Shown here piece after piece: positions 1-7,340 of a DNA stretch of 32,000 nucleotides (position 1 is the first letter of the stretch; each line of letters begins with the position of its first letter). This stretch comes from Candidatus Saccharimonadota bacterium (GTDB lineage: Bacteria; Patescibacteriota; Saccharimonadia; Saccharimonadales; UBA4665). The notes beneath the pieces are model-generated. The model did not search any database. It was not told where the DNA came from and saw nothing but the letters and a program-made list of their open reading frames with translations. The translations under genes and the position numbers were made by a program. Where the stretch lies: contig CP065016.1 in the NCBI GenBank assembly GCA_016700375.1, positions 450,001 to 482,000 on the forward strand, given 5' to 3'.

Positions 1-243
1 AGCACCACCCCAAATTGCTTGGATGGTTTCATGCTTAATAGCTTGCTTGCTTGATGAGTTTGAGTACGGCCTTAATATCCGTCGGCTTATGGGGCTTCGA
101 TGCGCGAATTGCTATGGGATTACCTGGTATTTTTATGACCGTTTCGTTCATACTTCTATGGTCTCACACACTCTGCTCGAGCGCAACCGCAACGCATACC
201 GAGAGGTGCGCATACCGCATACATAAAAAGACCACCGAGAGAG

Positions 244-356
244 TGAGGATTGCCAGTGGCAATCCTCAAGGCCAGAAACTGATTGCGAGCTATGCTTGCA
301 GCCAGTTGAGGCGAGGTCGCAACTGATTGCCAGCTTGCTGGCAGTAGGATTGTGAC
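244..356 (+). repeat. Hairpin-rich intergenic element, copy A (same family as 2065-2149, which is inverted)
   Basis: Perfect hairpin GAGGATTGCC-AGT-GGCAATCCTC (245-267). Hairpin GCGAGC-TAT-GCTTGC (285-299). Hairpin TGCCAG-CTTG-CTGGCA near 328-344. The reverse complement of 2065-2149 aligns to it over most of its length by eye. Confidence 0.5.
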
Positions 357-379
357 TGGGCACCGTATCTGCGACAAAC

Positions 380-424
380 AAAAAAGGTCAGTAGAGGGGG
401 TGGGCACCGCTACTGACCTTTTAT
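380..424. terminator. Bidirectional intrinsic-terminator-like hairpin
   Basis: A6 tract (380-385), 9-bp stem GGTCAGTAG (386-394) / CTACTGACC (410-418), then TTTTAT (419-424). The U-tract reads correctly on both strands. Confidence 0.55.
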
Positions 425-796
425 GGAGCCGAACACGTCGGCTCCCTCCACCCTTCAACCCACCAAGATGAGTGAAGCATCGAAACATCTATGAAATCAA
501 CGATGTCGTGCCTCTCCCGCTTTCGCAGAAAGAACCGTTCAGGCTCACTACCAGTATCTGGGGCCGACTGGTGCAAGCACCTGTCGAACCTAGTTAAAGG
601 GGTTAGTTTGTTTTAGAACGCTTCCGGCTGGTTAAAGCCAGAGAACGCCAAGAGAAAAGTGGAGGGTAACAACTTTTGGTATGGCACGTTCTAAAACAAT
701 CTAACAATTTCCTCTGGCGACAAGTCACCGGAGGCGTTAGAATGGGGATATAAGGTGCAAAAGTGGTCACTACAAGAGTGACAGACACTTATGAGT
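385..796 (-). ncRNA. Candidate ~400-nt unclassified structured RNA (promoter to terminator)
   Basis: Bounded by a near-consensus minus-strand promoter (801-829) and the terminator at 380-424. No convincing ORF; the only one is a 61-aa low-complexity GTG ORF. Contains an 11-bp long-range helix, GTTTTAGAACG (610-620) with CGTTCTAAAAC (697-707), enclosing two small hairpins. A GAAA tetraloop hairpin reads on the minus strand near 517-530. tmRNA and RNase P signature motifs were not found. Confidence 0.3.
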
Positions 797-800
797 TGCT

Positions 801-829
801 ATTTTAGCAAAAAAGTGTCACAGTGTCAA
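801..829 (-). promoter_or_regulatory. Sigma70-like promoter reading leftward
   Basis: On the minus strand: TTGACA (824-829), 17-nt spacer, TAAAAT (801-806). Confidence 0.5.
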
Positions 830-848
830 TACTTATTCATTTTTTGGT

Positions 849-1712
849 ATGAAAGTAAATAAAGTTACATTAAAGGATAATGCTTATCCTACAGTTCTAA
901 AGGACATAGCGTCACCGCCAAAAGAACTATTCTACCTGGGGGCAGAGCCAGATGCTTGGCTGAGTCGGCCTCGTGTTGCCGTAGTCGGTAGCCGTGGAGT
1001 AACACCATACGGACGTACCGTGACCGAACAGCTTGTGGGGCAACTTGCAGAGCGGGGCATTACTATTGTGAGCGGCTTAGCACTGGGCGTTGACGCCATC
1101 GCTCACGAGGCAGCCTTGAGGCACGGTGGCCTACACATAGCTGTGCTCGCAAATGGACTCGACGAAATATACCCGGCCAGCAACACCAATCTCGCACGTC
1201 GTCTCCTGGAGCAGGGCGGTGCGATTATTTCAGAATATCCGGTGGGCACACCGAGCCTAAAGCAGCATTTTATTGCACGTAACCGGATTGTTGCCGGTCT
1301 GAGTAATGCGCTCCTAATCATCGAGGCAACCGACAAGAGCGGGACCCTACACACCGCACGTTTTGCGCTCGAGCAAGGGCGAGATGTGCTTGTTGTGCCG
1401 GGTAATATTACCAGCCCGAACAGCGTGGGGTGCAATCAGCTAATAAAATCAGGAGCAACTCCTGTCACCTCTGTTGATGACATCCTGTTTGCGCTAGGGA
1501 CAAAAAACCTCACCACAACCTCGTATGTACACAAGGGTGACACTGCCGACGAGCAGGCAATCCTTGACCTCCTCTATAACGGTGTCAGCGACGCGCATGA
1601 CCTCCTTGAGCAATCAAAGTTGAACCCAGCGCTTTTCACCCAAACACTCACCATGCTCGAACTCTCCGGCAAAATCCACCCACTCGGCGCAAACCACTGG
1701 GCGCCAAGTTAA
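849..1712 (+). CDS. dprA: DNA-processing protein DprA/Smf
   Basis: 287-aa ORF with DprA Rossmann-fold motifs: VAVVGSRGVTPYGR, GLALGVDAIAHEAAL, FIARNRIVAGLS, EATDKSGTLHTARFALEQGRDV. Confidence 0.85.
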   Translation: MKVNKVTLKDNAYPTVLKDIASPPKELFYLGAEPDAWLSRPRVAVVGSRGVTPYGRTVTEQLVGQLAERGITIVSGLALGVDAIAHEAALRHGGLHIAVLANGLDEIYPASNTNLARRLLEQGGAIISEYPVGTPSLKQHFIARNRIVAGLSNALLIIEATDKSGTLHTARFALEQGRDVLVVPGNITSPNSVGCNQLIKSGATPVTSVDDILFALGTKNLTTTSYVHKGDTADEQAILDLLYNGVSDAHDLLEQSKLNPALFTQTLTMLELSGKIHPLGANHWAPS

Positions 1713-2064
1713 GGAGGACCTTGTCCTCCTCGCTGGTTCGGAATGAATCCGAACTCAGCTCTCCTCCTGCCCTAAAGCTCGGCTATCGCCTCGTTCGTGT
1801 GGGGTTATCAGGAAGCTTGTCTTAAGGAGGACCTTGTCCTCCTCGCTGGTTCGGAATGAATCCGAACTCAGCTCTCCTCCTGCCCTAAAGCTCGGCTATC
1901 GCCTCGTTCGTGTGGGGTTATCAGGAAGCTTGTCTTAAGGAGGACCTTGTCCTCCTCGCTGGTTCGGAATGAATCCGAACTCAGCTCTCCTCCTGCCCTA
2001 AAGCTCGGCTATCGCCTCGTTCGTGTGGGGTTATCAGGAAGCTTGTCTTAAGGAGGACCTTGTC
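1709..2064. repeat. Perfect 113-bp tandem repeat, 3 full units plus 17 bp
   Basis: Units start at 1709, 1822, 1935 and 2048 and are identical by eye. Each unit has hairpins GGAGGA-CCTTG-TCCTCC and GTTCGGA-ATGAA-TCCGAAC. The first unit overlaps the dprA stop codon. The fourth unit resumes at 2150-2165 after an 85-bp insertion. Confidence 0.9.
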
Positions 2065-2149
2065 ACATCCTGCGACCCCGCAACTTCACTGTGGCAAGCA
2101 TAGCTTGCGCCAGAAGGTTGCCTTGCGATTCGCCACCGGCGATTCTCAC
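2065..2149 (-). repeat. 85-bp element inserted into the fourth tandem-repeat unit (copy B of the 244-356 family)
   Basis: The repeat unit reads ...GGACCTTGTC | insertion | CTCCTCGCTGGTTCGG... The reverse complement of the insertion aligns to 244-356, sharing the GCAAGC-ATA-GCTTGC hairpin and a GATTCGCC-ACC-GGCGATTC hairpin at the same relative position. Confidence 0.55.
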
Positions 2150-2191
2150 CTCCTCGCTGGTTCGGTAAAAATCACGACTACCTGTAGCCAC

Positions 2192-2220
2192 TTGACGTAT
2201 CCTCATTTCCCAGCTATGCT
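2192..2220 (+). promoter_or_regulatory. Putative topA promoter
   Basis: TTGACG (2192-2197), 17-nt spacer, TATGCT (2215-2220), about 45 nt upstream of the topA ATG. Confidence 0.35.
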
Positions 2221-2266
2221 TGGTCGCTAGCTATATATAATAAAGTGAGTATACTGTAATAAGTTT

Positions 2267-4771
2267 ATGGCAAAAACCGCAAAGAATTTGGTAATCGTTG
2301 AAAGTCCAGCAAAAGCAAAAACCATCGAGAAATATCTCGGTGGCGACTTTACGGTACTAAGCAGCATCGGCCACATTCGTGCCATCCCGAAGAAATCCAA
2401 AGACGGCTCGCCGGTTATAGATATACAAAACGGCTTCAAAACGCAGTATGAAGTCGACCCAGAGAAAAAGAAGGTCATCGCCGAGCTAAAAAAAGCCGTG
2501 AAAGCCGCCACAACCGTCTGGCTTGCAACCGATGAAGACCGCGAAGGGGAGGCTATCGCATGGCACCTGTGTGAGGTTCTTGAGCTTGACCCGGCAAAAA
2601 CCAACCGGATTGTCTTCCACGAAATCACCAAATCGGCCATAGAGGAGGCCGTGAAGCACCCGCGCACTGTCGATATGAAGCTTGTCGAAGCACAACAGGC
2701 ACGGCAAATCCTCGACCGGATTGTCGGGTTCGAACTGAGCCCTGTGGTGTGGCAGAAAGTCCCCGGTGGCAAGAGTGCCGGGCGCGTCCAAAGCCCAGCT
2801 GTCCGGCTGCTCGTGGAACGTGAGCGTGAAATTATGGCATTTGAAAGCCAGTCCGACTTCAGAGTCACTGCCGAGTTTAGCCATAATGACGAAATGTTCA
2901 AAGCCGAGGTGCCGACGCGCTTTGCCACCGAAACGGCCGCCCATGATTTTCTCACCAACCTACCAGGCAGCACGTTTTCCGTCTCGGATGTCTCTACCAC
3001 CCCTGGAACACGTAACCCGGGAGCACCATTCACCACCAGCACGCTCCAGCAGGAAGCAAACGCCAAGCTCGGTTTCGGTTCTCGCGCTACCATGACCAGC
3101 GCCCAGAAACTGTACCAGGCAGGGAAGATAACCTACATGCGTACCGACTCTATGACGCTCAGTGCCCAAGCCATCGCCGCTGCAGCGAGCTACATAGAGA
3201 AGACTTACGGCAAAGCCTACGTCCAGGCCCGCACATTCAAAACAAAGAGCAAGGGTGCGCAGGAAGCGCATGAGGCCATTCGCCCAACTGATATGAGCCT
3301 TGAGGTCGCCAGCAGTGACCCCTATGACCAAAAACTGTACGAGCTCATCCGCCGTCGCACGCTCGCCAGCCAAATGGCGCCTGCCAAGCTCGAGCGCACC
3401 GAAATTACCATTTCGGCGCAGAGTCAAGAGTCAAGAGTCAAGAGTCAAGATTGCCACTTCGTGGCGAAGGGCGAAGTCATAACCTTCGATGGTTTCCTCA
3501 AAGTCTACGGACGAAGTAAAGAAGATGCCATTCTACCTCTGTTGGCCGCAGGTAACGAAGTGAAACTTCAGTCTGCAACTGCTCGCCAGGTCTTTGCCCG
3601 TCCACCGGCGCGCTACACCGAAGGTTCTCTGGTGAAAAAACTGGAAGAACTCGGTATTGGCCGCCCAAGCACCTACGCCACCATTATCGGCACCATCCAA
3701 ACCCGCGGCTACGTCGAGCGCGGCGACAGTGAAGGCACCCCCCGCGACGTTATACAACTTACACTAGATTATGGTGCACGGGAATACGAGCGCACAGCGC
3801 GAGCGGGCGACGAAAAGTCGGCCGGGGGAGTGCGGGCTGTCAGTGAGCAAAGCGATACTGACACCAGAAGAGGGGCGAGCCCCTCTTCAGAAACGCAACC
3901 CCAGCAACACGGACCTTTCACCCTCCAGCGCAACATAGTTCAGGAAAACACCGGCAGCACAAAAGGCAAGCTTGTCCCCACACCGAGCGGCCAGCTCATA
4001 GCTAACTTTCTTACAGATTACTTTGAACCAGTTATAGACTATGGTTTTACTGCTAGCGTCGAAGAGCACTTCGACGACATCGCCGAAGCAAAACTAGAGC
4101 GAAACGCCATGCTCAGCAGCTTTTACGAGCCATTTCACGCCCTTGTGGCCAAATCTGGCGATATAGACCGCAGCACTGTGGCGCAGGCTAGGGAAGTCGG
4201 CGTCGACCCAAAGAGCGGCAAAACCATTTACGCCCGGTTTGGCCGGTTTGGTCCATACCTTCAGCTCGGTGAGGCAGGGGACAAGGCAAACAAATCAGAA
4301 AAGCCCCAAAACGCACCGCTGCCAAAGGGCGCGCGCATAGAAACCATCACCGTAGAGGAAGCCTTGGTCGCATTCCAACTTCCACGGCTCGTCGGGCAAA
4401 CGGAAGACGGGCAAGATATTCGGGCAAACATCGGTCGTTTTGGACCCTATGTACAAGTAGGGAAGCTGTTTGTGAGCACGAAAGACGAAGACCCCCATAC
4501 AATTACGCTTGAAAAAGCCCGAGAACTCTACGCCGCTAAGCTGGTCGCTGAAGCCGAAAAGAACATTGCTGACTTCGGTGACGGCGTAAAAGTCCTAAAG
4601 GGCAGGTGGGGGCCATACGTTACCGATGGCAAGAAGAATGCTAAGATAGACAAAAACACCGACCCGACTACCATCACCCACGAAACTGCTCTCAAACTAC
4701 TCGCCGAAGCCCCAGAAGGCAAGCGCCGCCCACCTTTCCGCCGCAAAAAAAAAGTAACTGCTCGCAATTAG
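2267..4771 (+). CDS. topA: DNA topoisomerase I (type IA), zinc-finger-free C-terminal repeats
   Basis: 834 aa. Toprim motifs LVIVESPAKAKTIEKYLG and ATDEDREGEAIAWH. Catalytic-Tyr region ITYMRTDS. Three C-terminal GRFGPY/GRWGPY repeats and a Lys/Arg tail, with no Cys4 fingers. Confidence 0.95.
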   Translation: MAKTAKNLVIVESPAKAKTIEKYLGGDFTVLSSIGHIRAIPKKSKDGSPVIDIQNGFKTQYEVDPEKKKVIAELKKAVKAATTVWLATDEDREGEAIAWHLCEVLELDPAKTNRIVFHEITKSAIEEAVKHPRTVDMKLVEAQQARQILDRIVGFELSPVVWQKVPGGKSAGRVQSPAVRLLVEREREIMAFESQSDFRVTAEFSHNDEMFKAEVPTRFATETAAHDFLTNLPGSTFSVSDVSTTPGTRNPGAPFTTSTLQQEANAKLGFGSRATMTSAQKLYQAGKITYMRTDSMTLSAQAIAAAASYIEKTYGKAYVQARTFKTKSKGAQEAHEAIRPTDMSLEVASSDPYDQKLYELIRRRTLASQMAPAKLERTEITISAQSQESRVKSQDCHFVAKGEVITFDGFLKVYGRSKEDAILPLLAAGNEVKLQSATARQVFARPPARYTEGSLVKKLEELGIGRPSTYATIIGTIQTRGYVERGDSEGTPRDVIQLTLDYGAREYERTARAGDEKSAGGVRAVSEQSDTDTRRGASPSSETQPQQHGPFTLQRNIVQENTGSTKGKLVPTPSGQLIANFLTDYFEPVIDYGFTASVEEHFDDIAEAKLERNAMLSSFYEPFHALVAKSGDIDRSTVAQAREVGVDPKSGKTIYARFGRFGPYLQLGEAGDKANKSEKPQNAPLPKGARIETITVEEALVAFQLPRLVGQTEDGQDIRANIGRFGPYVQVGKLFVSTKDEDPHTITLEKARELYAAKLVAEAEKNIADFGDGVKVLKGRWGPYVTDGKKNAKIDKNTDPTTITHETALKLLAEAPEGKRRPPFRRKKKVTARN
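3431..3458. repeat. Heptanucleotide microsatellite (GAGTCAA)x4 inside topA
   Basis: Four perfect consecutive GAGTCAA units, read directly. They are translated as QSQESRVKSQ. Confidence 0.9.
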
Positions 4772-4972
4772 TTTACATGATAAGGTCAATCGCTCTCTAG
4801 TGTTCAGGGGCGATACTGGGTCAGGACACGACTTTGTCCACAGCCAAAACATGAGCTTATTAACTTTCACAACATACTGTGTGTATGAACGTCAATTTAT
4901 GTGCTACAATAACACAGCAAGCGCACATTATAAGATGGGCAACAAAAAAGTGGTGGATTAGTAAAAAAGTCG

Positions 4973-5001
4973 TTGACTTTATATATTAAAAGTTTTATAG
5001 T
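4973..5001 (+). promoter_or_regulatory. Putative promoter of the sigma-r4/HARE-HTH gene
   Basis: TTGACT (4973-4978), 17-nt spacer, TATAGT (4996-5001). The ATG at 5012 implies a very short leader. Confidence 0.4.
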
Positions 5002-5011
5002 AGAGGTAATT

Positions 5012-6040
5012 ATGTCAGAAAAAACCGCCGTTCTCAACACCGAAGCCATTGTTCAGAGTGTTTTAGGCAGTGTAGACCGTGAAAGAGAACGCGAAATCAT
5101 TGCACGCCGCTACGGCTTGTTCGACCGCAAAGAAACGCTAGAGCAAATCGGTGAACTTCTTGGCATTACCCGTGAACGCGTCCGTCAGCTCGAGAAGTCA
5201 GTCATGACAAAACTTCGTCAAACGGGCGTTGACCTACCCCACGTTAGTGAAGTTGAAGCCGCACTGCTAACAGCACTGGGCGAGGCAGGCGAGACGGCCC
5301 GCATAACGACCCTCTCAAGCAAGCTAACTGCGGAAAATACCCGCACCGACCAGTCGCGACTCGCTTTTCTTACAGAACTCTGTCCAAACATCAGCGTTAT
5401 TTCAGAAGACGACACATACTTCCAGGCGGCAGGGAACAGCAAAGTCCACGACACTTTGCAGCTCAAGAAAGAAGTCGCCACCGTCGTTGACGCCATTAAA
5501 AAAACCGGTAAGCCTGTCGACAAGAAAGATTTAGCCAAACTAACTGGTTTTGAAACCGATACATTTGTAGCCGCACTTGCCAGCATTAGCAAACAGCTTG
5601 CGACCCTCAACGGTCGCTGGGGCCTCGTAAAGTGGCCTACCGTAAACCCAAAGAACATCCGTGACAAAATCTACGTTATTCTCAGCGAAAACAAGAAGCA
5701 CATGCACTTCAACGAAATTGCCGAAGCTATAAAAGCCAGCGACTTCAAACGCAAAGATGTCACCACACAGGCTATTCACAATGAACTTATTAAAGACAAG
5801 CGGTTTGTACTCATTGGCCGCGGTCTGTATGCACTAAAAGAGTGGGGCTACCAAAAGGGAACAGTCGCCGACATTATTAGCGAAGTTCTCCGTGACGCAA
5901 AAGAACCCCTCCACCGCGACGAAATTGTCCAGCGTGTACTGAAGAGCCGTTTCGTGAAGGAAACAACCATCCTCCTCAACCTCCAAAGCAAACCACAATT
6001 CAAACGCGTCGCCAAAGCCACTTACGAGCTCAGCGAGTAG
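5012..6040 (+). CDS. Sigma-70 region-4 plus HARE-HTH domain protein (sigma-like DNA-binding protein)
   Basis: N-terminal region-4 HTH: EREIIARRYGLFDRKETLEQIGELLGITRERVRQLEKSVMTKL. C-terminal HARE-HTH-like pattern: MHFNEIAEAI...IHNELIKDKRFVLIGRGLYALKEWGY. Start moved to the ATG at 5012, which has GAGG upstream. The ORF track starts at 4973. Confidence 0.7.
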   Translation: MSEKTAVLNTEAIVQSVLGSVDREREREIIARRYGLFDRKETLEQIGELLGITRERVRQLEKSVMTKLRQTGVDLPHVSEVEAALLTALGEAGETARITTLSSKLTAENTRTDQSRLAFLTELCPNISVISEDDTYFQAAGNSKVHDTLQLKKEVATVVDAIKKTGKPVDKKDLAKLTGFETDTFVAALASISKQLATLNGRWGLVKWPTVNPKNIRDKIYVILSENKKHMHFNEIAEAIKASDFKRKDVTTQAIHNELIKDKRFVLIGRGLYALKEWGYQKGTVADIISEVLRDAKEPLHRDEIVQRVLKSRFVKETTILLNLQSKPQFKRVAKATYELSE

Positions 6041-6048
6041 CCTATACC

Positions 6049-6654
6049 ATGCCCCCCAGAAACTTCAGGAGTAGTAGCGAAACTCTGCAAGGACAGGCTC
6101 CGTACCCCAATCCAGACGAACTTCATAATAAGTTGTCGAACATGTTGCTTCGATGGGCTTTTCCGTCAATTGACGGACGCCATCTAAATTTACCCGTTTA
6201 CGGCACACGTCTCTATGCTAATATAACTACCTATTTTAATTTGTTGCGGACAGACCACCAGCAACTACCTCCATCTTCACCCCCCGAGGATATAGTAGCT
6301 GAGAGGGGAAGATTTGACACCGACTCACTCAGAGCCGGAACGGCGCTAATAACTATTGGTTTTAAGCAATTTGACCCACTAAGCGACCCGGACAAACCGT
6401 CTGCGATGCATCACACACTTCCTGTAGCCGATTTACATATTGGCACTCCAACAGTCGCTAAGCGTCTCAGACCCGTTGGAATATTCGTGGCTGGGTTGTT
6501 TGCAACTCTTGAGCCAAATACTGCTATTCATGCCGCACCAGTCGTGTATGACGATAAAGATGCGGACGGCAAACCCCTGGCATCATACCCTACGTATGAT
6601 GAATTTATGAAAAACACACATCTTGCCGAATTTTTACATCACCTAACAACTTGA
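6049..6654 (+). CDS. Hypothetical protein
   Basis: 201-aa ORF beginning 9 nt after the preceding stop. No recognisable motif. Confidence 0.45.
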   Translation: MPPRNFRSSSETLQGQAPYPNPDELHNKLSNMLLRWAFPSIDGRHLNLPVYGTRLYANITTYFNLLRTDHQQLPPSSPPEDIVAERGRFDTDSLRAGTALITIGFKQFDPLSDPDKPSAMHHTLPVADLHIGTPTVAKRLRPVGIFVAGLFATLEPNTAIHAAPVVYDDKDADGKPLASYPTYDEFMKNTHLAEFLHHLTT

Positions 6655-6873
6655 GCATTGCTATTCGTCAGTCCAGAACTATAAAAATCTTGTACAAAAT
6701 ACGAACATTAAGTAGGCGTACCTAGAACGGGGAGCGAACTGGAAGCGCTATATGCGAACTGGTTAGGAGTCACAGAGCAGTGTAATAATCAAAAACATAA
6801 AAAGATTTTGCAGTAAGGCAAAATAACCAGGCGGAATGAGTTGGTAGGTGAATGGAAAACGAACAGTGATTAT

Positions 6874-6901
6874 ATGTCGCACAATGTATATTTTGCGACG
6901 T
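6874..6901. other. Candidate dif-like Xer recombination site
   Basis: ATGTCGCACAA-TGTATA-TTTTGCGACGT: inverted arms GTCGCA/TGCGAC around a 6-bp TGTATA core. The inner 16 nt match E. coli dif at 14 of 16 positions, and the full 28 nt at 18 of 28. It lies where + strand and - strand gene blocks converge. Confidence 0.4.
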
Positions 6902-7107
6902 GAATATTAGTTATATAGTTGATTAGGCATACCCCTCCTAACGGGGGAGTTTTGGCAATAAGTCCCATTAACTGCTAGGACGATGCTCCGTGTTTTTACT
7001 TGGGACGGCAAAATCATATCTGTTGCGTTCACTTGGGTTGGCGTAGATTGCTGGAAGTACCTAATATACCTAGTGTTTGCTTTTTTGTTATTACGCTAGT
7101 TTCGTAT

Positions 7108-7260
7108 GTTTTTATTTGACTTTTCCACAGGTACCTTGTGAAAACATTTGCTTTTTCACGTATTTGACTTTTTTATAACCCTTTCCCCTTTTTCGTCCGC
7201 TCTGCCCTATTTTATTTGACATTCCCCTTTTTTGCTATGTTTATATATTTTTTGTGATTA
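7108..7260. repeat. AT-rich tract with three spaced TATTTGAC motifs
   Basis: TATTTGAC at 7113-7120, 7161-7168 and 7213-7220 (spacing 48 and 52 bp), each in a T-rich context. One DnaA-box-like TTTTCCACA at 7121-7129. Confidence 0.5.
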
Positions 7261-7340
7261 GTACATATGTAACATGCGAACATTTTGTGAACACACAATG
7301 GGGCAGCACTAGGGGGATTTGCGCGACTTGTCTCGGCATC

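Noticed and set aside
37-150. 38-aa minus-strand ORF (MNETVIKIPGNPIAIRASKP...) with faint AbrB/antitoxin-like GNxxAxR wording, followed by an ORF start running off the left edge
   Set aside because: Too short and too weak a resemblance to call. The downstream partner is truncated by the window edge, so a toxin-antitoxin call cannot be supported.
90-600. tmRNA or RNase P RNA in the ORF-poor left end (GGTTCGACAGG on the minus strand; CTCCACCC on the plus strand; GAGGAAA on the minus strand)
   Set aside because: No GGGG 5-prime acceptor paired to an ...CCACCA 3-prime end. No T-loop consensus and no tag reading frame. The GAGGAAAGTCC and ACAGAANNCGGCTTA boxes are absent. The individual short matches are not in the required order.
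1709-2064. Possible CRISPR array (regular direct repeats)
   Set aside because: The 113-bp units are contiguous and identical, with no unique spacers between them, and no cas genes are nearby. This is a tandem repeat, not a CRISPR array.
2227-3093. 288-aa minus-strand ORF, plus similar long antisense ORFs (24900-25709 +, 22655-23287 +, 19946-20425 +, 11780-12265 +, 14595-15041 +, 28270-28737 +, 13138-13529 +)
   Set aside because: All lie antisense to, or are frame-shifted within, genes with strong motif support. They have low-complexity Ser/Arg/Pro/Ala-rich translations typical of shadow ORFs.
7080-7260. Replication origin (AT-rich tract plus the DnaA-box-like TTTTCCACA)
   Set aside because: There is only one good DnaA-box match and no dnaA or dnaN nearby. 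Flanking genes converge on this gap rather than diverge from it, which fits a terminus better than an origin.
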